Assembly (NCBI GenBank): GCA_964270895.1
Contig: OZ185436.1
From: Podarcis filfolensis
Taxonomy: Eukaryota
Direction: 5' to 3' (one strand)
Length of the DNA: 64,000 nucleotides
The notes beneath the pieces are model-generated. The model was not told where the DNA came from, searched no databases, and saw only the letters and a list, made by a program, of their open reading frames with translations. The translations under genes and the position numbers were made by a program. This document shows, piece after piece, positions 35,723 to 49,200 of this stretch; within the stretch, counting starts at the first letter, position 1; every line of letters starts with the position of its first letter.

Positions 35723-37115
35723 TGGTTTCGTTGGGAGCTGGATTGGAAACACCAGAGAAGGGAAAAAACATTTTTTCTAGCATTGAGTTTTCCAGCTGGA
35801 ATTGCCAAACAACTCTGAATATTGGAAAAAAAACAACTTTAGCCAAATGTCAGCATGCCATGTGCACTAGGAAGTTGTCTACTGAGCAGCAATGAACTCC
35901 ATCACTGAAAACAAAGCAACACGTATCTCTCCTAGATATGATACAACTATTTCCCTGGAACATCAGGCTTCTCCCTTGAATTGCTAGGAAACAAAGAGTG
36001 CAAAGCAAGCCCAAACTGCTGACTCAGTTCTGCTGTGAGAACAGAGATTGCTTCCGCCACCTCCAACTGGCAACAGTTGGCATCGTGAATCTTAGTCTAG
36101 GGACAGTTCCTTCTTGGAAGGAGCTGGTGAAGGTTGGAAGGTTTCTTCCCAATAACCCTTCATTGCCCTTTCCAAATGCTTTGCATTCTTTGCTGGGAAA
36201 AAGGGTCCTCACCACCTGGTGGCTGTCATTTATAAATCTAAAAACAAGCTGTGCAAAATCACTCCCTAAATTGCAGCAAAAACAAGGGAAGTCTTCGTTT
36301 CCTCACTCCCGTTCCATAAGCTGGTGCCAAGAGGATGGCTGCCAGTTTCTAACAGAAGAAAAAAAAGCCTCCAGACTCCAGTCCAACATGACAGACCAAC
36401 CAACTAGGCCCAAAGAGATGAGGGCAGGAGAAACAAGAACTCAACCGGTATTCTCTTTCTGACACACACACACACCCTCCCAGCATCGTTCCCTTAACAA
36501 GTCGTTGGAATCAAACCGCACCCCTCTTCATTCCAAAATCCTGCAAATAGCATTTATAGCAGAGCTAAAAACCCCATAAGGCAGCATACACTTAAGGGAG
36601 AGCGGCACTTCAGAGAAAAGGCTCAGAAAAGTGTCAGTGGAATTTCAAATAATCAAGAGAATGCCAGCAATGACAGTAAGGTCTGATTTTTTCTGTTTTA
36701 TGTATCTCTGCAATCTGCCTGCTTCCATGTTGCTTAACAGGCAAACCTCCTGTGCCCTTGCTGAATGCAGACAGGGATTGTGGTTGAGCGTAAAACAAAC
36801 ACCCAGACACTGATGGTGGGAAGAGCCAGGTCCAGTGACCTCTTCCCTCCCTCCCTCAGCTTCCCAAAGCAATTAAGAAGGAATATATGATGGTGAAACA
36901 GCTGGGCACCAACTGCGGGGAGAGTGCAACACAATCTCCCTGCCCCTAAGAGTTATTCCTTGCTATGTTGACCAGTTTCCCAGCAACCACAAGGATAGCG
37001 TGCTCCATTTTTACAAGTTGCCCGGTTGCTGAACCCCTTTCCCCTCTTGAAGGATGAAATGGCAGGAATATATAGGAGACAGCTATTTCAGTTCTGGAAT
37101 CAAACCCACTGCCCA

Positions 37116-37156
37116 ACATACGTACATACATACATACATACATACATACGTACATA
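37116..37156. repeat. (TACA)n microsatellite with TACG interruptions
   Basis: Read directly from the sequence. Confidence 0.9.
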
Positions 37157-37627
37157 AATGGAAGAGCACCACCAATGCTACTTACTGGCAGCCAGAGACT
37201 TACTTTAAAATACAATCTAGGTTAATAGCTTAGATGACCACTCCCCGCCACAAACCAGCCTGGCCTTACTGCTGTGGCTTTAGTACAAACAGCTCCACCA
37301 GCACTATGCATTCAAAGCTCCCCCCCCCCCCCCGCTTATAATCTTGGGAGCTGTAATTTGTTAAGGGTGCTGAGAGTTGCTGAGGTACAATTCCCAGCAT
37401 TCCCAAGGAAGAGGAATTGATTGGGATAATTCTTAGGGTGGATTCACACAGAAGTATTTCATACAAACGTACTGTGCATTGAAGCATGCAAATTTTGGAA
37501 CAATGCATGAAGACACTGAATAAAACATTTCTGTGGAATCGGGCGGCCCAGGTGGGAAAGGTTCCTCACTGAAATAATTTATCTCACTAAAAAGTTTTTG
37601 GCACCTGCTTTCAGCTATCACCTAATG

Positions 37628-37818
37628 CAGAGGTTCTCAAAATTTTATTCCCTCACAAACCAATTGAAAATGGTGAGGGATCTCAGTGGACTGCTTAAAA
37701 AAGTTATTTTTGTTCTACATATCAAAGCACATATATCTCATATTTTAATAACATTTTCCTTTAGTTCTAGCACTGTCATCAAAACCCGGTCCTGTGAAGA
37801 GAATTGGCCATGCCACTG
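37628..37818. mobile_element. hAT-Charlie-like fragment
   Basis: Begins CAGAGGTTCTCAAA (Charlie-type terminus) and ends CCACTG; no TSD seen. Confidence 0.4.
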
Positions 37819-39021
37819 AGGAATTTTAAAAGGGAAAATTGATAAGTGTTAGCCTGTCTTATAAAATTTACTCTTGCCTTTCCACAAACCATCCAAACAG
37901 ACCATTAGTAGATCCACTGACCAGTTTGTAAAATAAAAATATGAAATCAAAAGTTTTCAGGGTAGAAGTACAGAATTTCCAGTGAAAATTAAACCCTAAA
38001 CAAGAACATGTCATGGCTGGCATTCTCTCAGACCAATAGTGGGTGAAGCTGGAGCCAGCAATAGGCAGCGTCAATGCTAAAAGCAGGCCCATTACCCCTT
38101 TCCCCTGGTCTTACAGCTCCCTTTTCCCCCTTACCTTCCTGCCAACCGCCCAGTGCAGATGGGAACTTGCCACGTTAGAGGATTTACATTGCAGCCAGCG
38201 ACACAGCATTAACCCTGTTCCACACAATAGGGTAAGAAAAATGGACCCATTCACACAAACAGGGGTTATTTTGGCAGGGCTTAAACCTTACTGCTGTGTC
38301 AGAGTGCAGAGCCGAGACGGCCACAGGTCAGACTGATGCTCCACATGCCACTCTTGGCATCTTCTGCCTTAAATGATTTGAGACCATAATATCATGCAGA
38401 CAGTTTTCTTCCATATGGACCTTCCCATGTTTCGAAATCCATTAGCAGTTATGCTCTGTTCTACCACCAAATGTTTGGCAAGTAAGTACAAGAGACCTAC
38501 CTTTTCTGCAGCGGTGGCCAAACCACAAATTGCCTTCTCACCTCAACCCAATTGCTGGCAGCCTTTCACAGAGCTGTTAAGATGTGCCCATTTCATTACT
38601 ACATATTACTGTTGCATATGTTACGATCTGATACTCTACATAAAAAAGAAAAGTGCTGTGCTTTTACTTGGCTGAGTGAACTGTTCTGTGTGTCTTTTTA
38701 ATGTTGCTTCAATTATCTTGTAAGCCACTTTATCACCGATGGAAAAGAGAAGTATCCAGAAAAATAAAGGTTGCTTGTACCCCTCTGTCAAACAAACATG
38801 TCTTTAGAAAATCTTATGAGCCAATTTTTATGAAGCATCTGATATAGCTCTTCTGGAGGTGGGTGACTTCATTAGTGAATGATCGGGGCAAAGGTATCCC
38901 ATCAAAAGCACACTAGGAGGCGGTTTTAGCCTTCTAGTTTCCAGGAAATAATAATAATAATTTATTATTTATATAAAGGACAAATATAGTTCAGTAGAAG
39001 AGTCAATGTTCTGCATATAAC

Positions 39022-39146
39022 AGAGGTTCAATTGCTGGCATCTCCAGGTAAGGCTAGCAAACCCTGAAAAACTATTGCCAGTTCATGTACACAATACTGA
39101 GCTAGACTAACAACTGGTTTGACTGAGTTTAAAATTTCTTCCCATA
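39022..39146 (+). mobile_element. tRNA-head SINE, second family (5'-truncated)
   Basis: ggttcaattgctggcatctccaggtaaggct..acaatactgagctaga. Confidence 0.6.
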
Positions 39147-42100
39147 TGAAAGTCATACAACCCATATCCACCTCACATTTTGAAGTCGTACAATCCAGGA
39201 AACATGTGAATCAGCCATTATTAGCCACTTTGCGATCTAGGTATGGCTTCCAGTTCATCCTCCTAGAGCTCAGTATAGCTCAATATCTCTTAACTAACTG
39301 TATAATGCTATACCCCACATGCTTTAACACTTGTAAATTGTAGCCATGTGTTTAAGACTTCACTGCTACTGCCTAGCCCAACCATCAGGTATACTGTGCA
39401 TAAAGGGAAGTGCTCTTTTCTTTAAAAAGAAAAAAATGAAAAATGAAAACGGGCTTTTAGGAATTAGAATTTATGATCAATAATTTATAAGTTTGTAGGC
39501 CTTAAATGAAAACCAGATTGGCACTTTGCATTAAGTGGCAAGCAAAGTGCACTTCCAGCACTTCCACAATGAATTTTTTAATGTTATCAGCTTCCTGAAG
39601 CTTTCTAAGCACCTTCAAAAGAAATCCCTGGCTTTGCACCGAGTCCCTAAATGCCAGTGATGCTGGCATTTAAGAAAAACAGAATTAAGGTAACAGGACA
39701 ATGAATTTTAAAGCAAGCCTTTCAAAATATGAACAAGACCATCCAATTCCAGCACACAATAAGCGCTTCAAGACAGACGTTTTACCAAATTGTTTCACTT
39801 TGGTCAAGAACTTGTCTCCCGCACCTTTCCTGTTCCAAGATGATGCTTCTGCTGTTTAAGGAACAGATGGGCAAATTGAATAAGTCCATTTCAGCCTCCT
39901 AGATATTCCTACTAGCTGTCAAACACAACAGAACAAAAAGTATGCAAAAACATTGCATACTGAAGTTTTTAAAAAGGACTTCTACATATTGCATCACATT
40001 GCTAGCTCTTTGTTGTATTTCATAACAGAACAGCACTCATTTTAATGAAATACTATCCTGGAGTATTTGTGTATATCCCCCCACCCACACCAGCAAATAT
40101 AGTTATTTTATTTTGTTTTCTCTTAGGTGCTACACTTCAACCTTCTACATGTAACCCTTAAAAATGACAGAGCACAGTCGTCCTATGTAACTCTGGGACA
40201 TCTCCTTAACAGAGACAGACCAAAATCATTCAAAAAAACAAAAACTAGGCATTAGCAATAGCCACAGCAAACAAGCTCATTAAGGACATTTTTTAAAAAG
40301 ACCTATAATTTTTACATTAATTCAGTTTAGGCCATTGCTTGGACCAAACCTTATGTACCAGTGATAATTTTACACAGCAACAATGAATACCAGCCTTTTT
40401 AAAAGCTTGGATTGTTTTTCCCACACTGAAAGCACAATGAAATTGTTGCTCCTTCAGTGGGAGCTTCATCTTACCTGTCTTCAGACACCCACTTCCAGGG
40501 GCTTGTGGGAAAATGCAGGGCTACCTCTACTCCAAAGATGCCACACAAGTGAGCTACACAGTTAAGCTGAAGACCAATAGGCTGAATCTGAAGGGGACCA
40601 CCTTCATTGCACATAGGATTTCCAACCTATGGATGGCCACTCTGATCACATGACATCAAGGTTGAGCTGGCTTATGATCTCTCAGGCTCCTCCATGAAGT
40701 TAACACCTGAAGATGGCTATTTCCAACATATTTTGAATGCCCTTCCTTGGGGGTGAAAAATAAAAATATCCCCATATTTTCTGATAAAGGCCAAAACTAG
40801 CTTTGAAGTTCATTAGAAATGGTTCAACATATATTTCTCAGCTCATGTTCTGCAAATTAAGACAGCAGATACTTCTCTTAATAGAGCTTACCTCCACAGC
40901 AGTGCAAATTTCACTCACCAGAAGCAAGAGCTGCTTCTAAGCAGTTAAGATCCAAGATAACTGAACAATAGTGGAATCCAGACTCAGCACAATAGGATAG
41001 GGTTTGAAGCTCCCCATTTAAAATACCACTACGGACCACAAAAAGAAACAAAACTCCTAGGATGTCAAGGTGTTATTGTTTTTTTATTTAAAGAGCAGCA
41101 TATTTTTAAAGGATGATTTAATTCAGAAAAGAGAGCTTGTTTATTGTATATCGGGAAAAATAAAAATATTTCTATATTTCCAAAAGGTTTGATTAACCAA
41201 GTCTAGAATTCTAACACTCTGCTCTTGGCCTTTTACTGGCAGAACAGTGCATCTCAGGGCAATCAAGAATTCAAATTGAACTTCAACTGCTTTAACATGT
41301 CGTGCCCCATTCTGAGGCACTTGTAAATTCTTGCAAAGACTCTCCTCTATTTAGTATTTTTTTAATATAAAAAAAATCCTAAAGGGCTGATGAATCTGCT
41401 CAAACACAGACCTAGGTTGCAAGAGTAGACCCATTGAACAAATAGAAAAAATAACTCCTGCACAGCAGAATAAAATGAAGAGAATTAATGGCAAATTAAG
41501 AAGAGGGTGCACACACAAAAAATGGAAGACTTGGCCTTGAGTGCTTATGGAGGCATCTGCACAACCAGAGCAACGAACTTTCGCTTTCAGGATGATTTCC
41601 TCAAAGACAGGCATGTGAAAACTTCTTGCTGCAAGAGCTCCGTGTCACTTCAGAACATATGCAACATACACATTTAGGAAAGTTTTAAACAGTGTTTACT
41701 TGAAAACAGGATGACATGGAGAGTATAGAACCTCTGAACAATATTACTTCAGTACAAAGCTAGTTTAATACCCAGCAGTGGAACCAATCCTAGAATAAAG
41801 TTAGCTGACGGGTTTTCAGCAATCTCTGTTCACTTAGTAGCCCAGAAACATTTGAAAGAAAAGTTGAACTCAACTCAAATTCCTGAAGACTCTAACAGAA
41901 TCTTATTATCAATGCTAAGAAAAGCCCAGTTCCAACACGACCACCAAACTGCAATTCTGACCACTGCGGACAGAAAGGCTGTAAAGAAAAGGTGATTGTT
42001 AACTATATGGTCTTGATGCGAATTGTTAAGGAATTATTTTCTTAGTATGTATCAAGAGCAGCTTCTGGCATACTTTTAATATTTTATTGTAAGGCAAGTG

Positions 42101-43469
42101 CTTGGGGAACCTCTAGCCTTGCTGCTCCATCTGTGTTAAAAGGTAGCTTGAAAAGACCTTTATATGTTTGTTGCAGTTGTTTAAAAATAAATAAGTAAAT
42201 GGAGGAGGGGGAGCCTGAAAAGACCTGCCATGTTGCTAAATAATTTCTTGTTACCGGTAGATTCCTGTAACAATGTGGCAACACAACCCGTTAAAAATTC
42301 ATAGCCTAGATTTTGAAAGTTTAATTCAACATTCTGCACTTCTTGGCCTTGATTACAGATAGCAATTAAGGCACCAGCATTAGGCTTAGTGAACAGTTTT
42401 ATCTGCACACTTCATTGTTCAGAATTCTTGGTTCAAAGCAGGGTTGCAACATTTAGCCAACTGACCTAAAAGATGCCCACAATTAATTGCCCATTTTATG
42501 TAAACTTTTTCTCACAGTGTTGACAATAGGCGCCATCTTAAGAGATACATCCATCCCTTTGACACAAAGATTATGGTTACGAGGGGTGCCTGTTTGAACA
42601 AGAGTAATTTTAGAAGAGGCATCTTTTTAAAAATTGTTCCTTTAGAAAAAGGACTGCTCTGGTAGAAAGCTAGTCTGGCAGAGGCTCGCCGGGATTTTAG
42701 GGTCAGTTTCAGTTGTTGTGGCCCGAGGGCAAGGTGCCGATAGGTGTCCAAGCCTACCACCTCTACCCTTGTCCACCATAGCAAATAAAAGCTAGTTGGG
42801 AGGGCCTTATTGAGTGAGGTCCAGGAAGTAGTTAATGCTTCACTTAGGAAGGCCATACTCAGTCCTCAAAAAGGCAGTGGTGAGGCCTCTTCTCAAGAGA
42901 CCCTCATTGGAGCTGGAGGTATTGGGTAACTGCAAATAAAAATTTATTAATATTTTAAGATGTATTTTAATTAATTGGTGTCTGTTTTTGTGCTTGTGTT
43001 GTTTTTATGTTAGCTGCTCTGAGCCTGGCCTTGGCCGGGATACAAATATTATAATTATAATTATTACCTAGCCACAAATGTCTTTTCGGGGCAAGTGATT
43101 GAGAGGGTGGTGACTTGCCAGCTTCTGCCCCATTTCAGTCTGGCTTGAAAAATGATTTCAGCTCTGAAATGGCCTTGGTCATCTCACATGACCTTTATCA
43201 GAAAAGGGGCAATCCTGCTGGTTCTCTTCCTCTCCATGGCCATTTGATACCATTAACCATAGTATGCTCCTGAATCAGCTCTGTGGGTTGCGAGTCAGAG
43301 GCACCATATTATAGTGCATCTGCTCTTAACTGCAGAACTAATATTTGAGAGTAGCACTGGGAGACTCTTGCTCTGTCCCCTGGCAGTTATGCTGTGGAAT
43401 CTGGCAGGGCACAAGTCTGTCCCCATGCTCTTTACTATCTCTTGGAAGCTGTTATCTGGAAATTTGGAA

Positions 43470-44235
43470 GTAAAATGGCATTAGCATGCCAGTGACACAC
43501 AACCTTATCTCTCCACTTCATCTGAATCAGAAGAGGCTGATTCAGGTGCTGGACAGATGCCTGGAGGCAATGGGCTGGATGAAGGCCAATAAACTGAAGC
43601 TAAACCCTGGAAAGACTGTTTGGGAAGATTGCCTGTTCTGGATGGAGTTGCAATCCTTGCTTAGAGGAGGGTCGTGGGGTCAATGTTACCTTGAGGCCCA
43701 GGTGGTGCAAGTGCCAAGGAACACCTATGTCTAGCTACAGTTCTTTTTAGCTACAGTAGTACTACATGCATCCTCTCAAATAGACTACTGTGGTGTTCTC
43801 TGTGTGGTGCTGCCCTTGAAAATAGTCCAGAAACTGCAGCAAAGCAGGATCCTGCAGCAGTGATTCCTTAAGGATCAGCATGGTCTGCCTGTTTGCTACC
43901 AGCCCAATTTAAGGTGCTGGCTTTGGTTTAGGGCACAAGTACTATTCAAGTACAGGATGGCAGGAAGGATCTGCAGGAGAGGCCCTGCAGGGTCTTCTCT
44001 GTTGTGGCACTCCAGGTGTGAACTGCCTCACCAGAGATATGGCACTGTCCCCTATTTTAGGCATTATGTACGACATTTATTTGCCCTGACTTGTGGATTT
44101 GGATTACTGCTTGTCAGAATTTCTATTTCTTGATATTTTGTTTTGATATCTGTTCTATGGTTCCTGTACTGGTTTGTGAATTTAATATATTGCTATGCAC
44201 CTCTTTGCAAATCTTCAGATTGAAAGCTGAATGTA
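43470..44235 (+). mobile_element. Old degenerate L2 LINE fragment
   Basis: Translates LDRCLEAMGWMKANKLKLNPGKT (L2 RT C-terminal motif); also gtgctgcccttgaaaatagtccagaaactgcag and aatttaaggtgctgg blocks. Confidence 0.75.
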
Positions 44236-45234
44236 AACTTTAAAAATGATGATGTTAACGCTACTTATATACAAATTTGTTCTAATTTATTCAGTGAAAG
44301 TTATGCAAACAGACTAAGATTTCTTCAGTCAGGTGATAGCTGTAGCTAAACAAGTCAACTGTTTTTGAAGTTGAACTTTTATCTGCTATTCTACTGGTTT
44401 CCTATCATTCCCTAGAGAGATTGAAAAATGCATCACAAAGCTAGACGTGCCATACATTACCCATGGTCTCTGCAGTATAACCCATTTCAATCATTTCTTA
44501 ATTCTTGAGCAATTAAGGAGCTTTTGTTCAGTCTGCATTTTTTTTAAAGGGAAGGTAAAATGCCCAACTCACTTAACTGAGCTAACCTGCATGTACCATA
44601 CCTGTACATAACATTCCACAAATTGTTCTTAAAAGTAGACTATGCATCTTGAAAATGTTCTTGTTCACATGACCATAAAATACCTGAAAATTCAATTTGT
44701 GGAAAAACAACTGTTCAAGAGCTTCAGTGTCCCGCATAATATGCACTGCAACCCAAACATGTAACAGGTCCAAAAGTCATAAAAACCATGTACACAATAG
44801 GCATCTGGCAGAATTTTCAGACAACTTTTAAAATTTATTCTGACATGCTATAAAGGAATAAGTTACACTGTTAGACGAATCACCAGCAGTAAGAGTATCT
44901 TTTAGCTGGATTAGAGTGAGGATAGCCTAAGGCAGTAACCCATGTGAACACTGCACACCGAGATGCTGCCTGAGAACAAGAGTAAATCTGGTCATATCCA
45001 CTTCACAAGAACTTGAAAAGAAAATTCCTTCTTTTAAAATCCTCCACACACTTCCATTTTAAATCTTCAAAGCTACTTTTGCAAATTAGTCCAGCCAATG
45101 CAAGACAACGGCAAGGCTTGTGAGCTGCTGTGATGGGTCTGAAAAGATGCCTTTATTTTTATCCAGTCTCTTGTTACAGTGGGCTGGGTATCGATGCAAC
45201 AGATTATAAAAATGCAAGAGCGCCCCTCCCCATC

Positions 45235-46290
45235 AAGAAAAAAAATACAAAATTTATTGAAAAACAAAAGTGAGGAAGAGTTACAACACTAGATCTAAAA
45301 TGATTAAGAAATAGGACTTTTGCTTTAACAAATGGCCTTGTAGTTGCCCATTTTAAAAAAGGGTGGTATCTAATTTAGATTGCAAATTATCAAGGCAAAT
45401 TAAAAAAAAACCTCATTTCCTTACAGAAACAGTTTAGTTTTTAATGAACTTGTAAACAAAAAAGCTCCCGTTTCCAAAATAAAAACAAAATTCGTTCATA
45501 TAGATGTTTACAGTGATTACATTTATCTAAACAACTTACATACAAGTTTCAGTTGTAAGATGTTAACTAAATTTGTGACAAATATGCTGTTTCTCCTTTT
45601 ATACCAAGAACATTATAGAGTTAATGCAGAGTCCTAAAGATAATCTAGTAGTCGCTAAGTTTCTCTTAAGTCTTCACTTTAGATGCTGTTACTTCTAGCA
45701 CAGGTAAGCAGGCAGAGTCTTTCATATGCTTAAAAACTGGAATCTTTGGTTACTACCATTGTCAGCTGGCTTATGTCACTCTAGACACCAGCAATTTTAA
45801 GAATGTTTTAAGTGTACAGCTTTCAAAACCAGGGAGGAATACCCAGAAAGAGTGCACAATTGTGAGCATTTACAATTTACCACAACTGTTCCTGAAGACT
45901 TGTTCATGCCATTCTTCCAAAACAATGAGATCTCATAAGCAGTGTAGTTCAAAGTAAAAAGGTTACAAAAATTGGCATATGCACAATTCTTTCCACCACT
46001 TGTGTGTCAACCATTCAGTTAAACTTTTCCACTTGAAAAAATGCAATAGAAAACTGGACACCATGTTTCACTATCTCAGAAATATTCACAATTACAGCTG
46101 CTACAACTCAAAGCTGCAGCATCAACGGCGCTGCCCAGAGCCAGTTTATACTGAAATTAAGTTCTTTACATCAAGTAGATGGTTGCCCACAACCACCGGC
46201 AAGTGTGTTTATGAACTAAAATTCCTAGGATTTGGGGAGTGATAGATCCTGCTCCATTCTGCTCTGCTTCATCTGTTCTCTTCTTCATGC
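45235..46290 (-). other. CSNK1A1: CSNK1A1 proximal 3'UTR
   Basis: Blocks match the mammalian UTR as I recall it: AGCATATGAAAGACTCTGCCTGC, CAGCATCTAAAGTGAAGACTTAAGA, GGACTCTGCATTAACTCTATAATGTTCTTGGTAT. Confidence 0.88.
45253..45258 (-). terminator. CSNK1A1: Candidate main polyadenylation signal AATAAA of CSNK1A1
   Basis: TTTATT on + at the end of the conserved UTR block, ~1.04 kb after the stop codon. Confidence 0.65.
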
Positions 46291-46298
46291 TCAAAAAC
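46291..46298 (-). CDS. CSNK1A1: CK1-alpha terminal coding exon (G-F-stop)
   Basis: ctgtttgccttccag|GT TTT TGA gives the known C-terminal GF, followed by conserved GCATGAA UTR start. Confidence 0.92.
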
Positions 46299-49200
46299 CT
46301 GGAAGGCAAACAGAACACTTTGATATTTGGAAATAAAAAACAGCCACTTGAGTGGGAGGCTTTAAACAAACATTATGGCCTTCGAAGGAAAATGCTACTC
46401 AATTCAAAATTACAGACTTAAATCTGTGCTTGATTGAGTTTGTTTGATAGCAGCCTTGCCCCATGTAAAAAGAGTCCTACTTGTACACCAAGAGAAAGGC
46501 ATGCAATAATTCACATTTTCCTTAAGGCAATGCTACTATTGGCCGCCAGTCTTAGCAATGCAGCATCGCTATTCATAATCCAACCACCATTAGTGAAGTA
46601 TGATATTTCTTGATACATTCATGCTAGGGCTGCTTACAATTAAGTTTTAGCTCATTAACCACTTTTCTTTTAGCCAATTATATTTAAATAGATTTGCATG
46701 TTTAGGATACCGGAAACTGGTCTGTTAGAAAGGCCACTAGAAGTGGCCTTCTCTCATACTCTACAGTAACAAAAAGTGGCCCTTGAAATAACTAGCATAT
46801 TCTTAACTCAAGTCCAACTGATTCAAGTTGCTGCCTATCCATTGAACGAAGCTTGCAGCCCTGATTCATGAATGTGCAAGGGAACAGACTGTAGAATTAA
46901 GAGCAGCCGGTACACGGCTTATGATGCAATCCTATGCAAGTCAACTCAAAAGCATATCCCACTGAGTTCAATAGGGCTTCCTCCCAGGGAAGTGGGTACA
47001 AAAGCTGGAAACTTACAAGTACTTGCTCTCTACATAAGAAAAACATTGTCACTTGAGATAATTGTTTTATCTGTGTTTGAAACTGCGGCTATATAGATCT
47101 TGCTGTGCACAACTACAAATAATCCAAAATGTGGGTCTAAGAAAGAGACTCAAAGGATGGTTGCCACCTGCAACCAGGATTGAGAGACTTGCTTAAACAG
47201 CCAACATCTGCAATAAAACATAACCAGTACAGATTACTGTAAAATCAAGCCATGGTGTGTGCCCGCAGCAAAACAAAAGTGAACAATGCTTTTGTTTTTC
47301 TACCATTTATATACACATTTATCCAGCAATTTCCAGCAGCATCCATTCTTTCAGAAGGAATGTACAGTCTGGTCCTTGCCAATGAGCTGAGTCAGAGAGA
47401 TCTCTTTTCTGAATGAAAGGGAAGGTATGTCGCATCAACATACTCGACAAACGTTTCAAATAAAGAAATTTTAGTCTGGTCTGGCCACAAGCAACCCATT
47501 TAAGAGTTTTATTTAATAGTGATTTCTCATCTAATGTAGCTTTGTGGCTTCTCAAATTGTAAGAAACACTACTGGGATTACCAGCACAGAATGGCATTTG
47601 TGGACTGCTGATGAACATTTAGCAGCATTAGGTTAGGCTTAATAGTCCTTACAATTACGTTGCAATACTGCTAAATGATGCAAAGTTTTGTTTGACTGCA
47701 GCTGTTCAAGTTAGGATGTTATGAAACTTAATTCTGCGTATAAACCCAGTAATGTTTACTAAATCACATTTATTCTAAATCCAAATTGTTTACATCTATT
47801 TAAATGCCCTGCACAGTTTCCATAAGGAATCTACCCAATCCAAATATATGAAGGAAGCCATCAAGAGTAGACAAACTCTAATATCAGACTAGGGAATGAT
47901 TTTTATGAAAACAATGATGCTAAGCTTATTCTTGATGATGAGTTACTTTTTTATCAGTTCCACTAAAAATATGAACAACTCACATATATTATACGCATTA
48001 TTATACACATGCAGGCTCAAGGTTTCCTAAAGTAACCAACACAGAGATACATACAACAATGCATATAGCTGTATAGGAATACACGTGTTAATAAATAAAA
48101 TTATGCTGCAGAAATATGGTACCACATAGGACTTGTGTGCATTGCAATTACAATATACGTTTTTGTGTGTATAATTCTGCGTATAATTAGGCTTTTAAAA
48201 TAACTGTTAATGGATATGTGGCTCAGACATAGGCAGGCGTTCAGTACCTGAGGCTACCTGATGCAGGCAAAGCTCAATTAGGTTGGAACAAACAATTTCC
48301 ACGTATAAATCCATTTAAAACCAATTTTTCCTCCATCTCTATTTCTATCTCCATTGACATTGAAGCAGCAATCATTTTATAAAAATAAGCTATATACACT
48401 GTTTCCCTTCATTCACAAGCTCCCTTCATAACCACTGTTTGTACTGCTGGTATGCCAGAGAATGAATACCTACATTTTAGCAGTTGATGGGACTCAAACA
48501 CAAAACACAAAACACTGACAACACAGCTTCTATGAGGGAAGTGAAAAACCACCTTTCCTTTTCCAGAGAAAGGGATGGGGTGGTCGTGCAAAAGCAGGGT
48601 GAATTATGAGACCAATCAGCAGTAGTATGGGTTTTAAAAGAACGATAAAGAAACAGATTCCTCTAGAAAACAAGAGGAAGTTGGGGGGGCAGAGACTTCT
48701 CACACAGGGTCTAGGCACAGCAAACTCTGTTACTGAAAAACAAAGGTTTTGGGAAGGACTTTATCTCACATTCATTTCAAACAAATATATATATCCATGG
48801 ACAAATAGCCAGTAGCACACAAATAGGGCTTGAAAGTTTTTTGGTGAGCCTTTTCTTATTTGGAATGAGGTGGATTTGTGTTCTACTCAGAGGCAACTTC
48901 TTTCAAGCTATTCCTGAATTACATTTTAGCAGTCAGTAACCTCTACATTTTCTCTCCCCCATTCCTTACTGGGACTGAGTGGGAAATGTACTTCCTATGG
49001 CTATTATTTTCTCCCTGGGTTTGGAGAACCGGTCGTCCCCATGCTAGCTGCTTTCCTGGGGGAGAGAATTTTTCCGCTTCTGAATGCAATGTTGTGTCCT
49101 GTTGCTATAGAGCTTCAGTATCAGCAAAACAGAACTGCCTGCTTTGGTGACCCACCATAGCATCCTGCTTCATAGGCTGAAAAGCAGTTGTCAAAGAAAC

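Noticed and set aside
46049-46059. 11-nt identity of the CSNK1A1 UTR to the miR-145 5' end (GTCCAGTTTTC)
   Set aside because: It is the same sense as the miRNA, so it is not a target site in the mRNA; probably coincidence. No canonical miR-143 or miR-145 seed match was seen in the proximal UTR.
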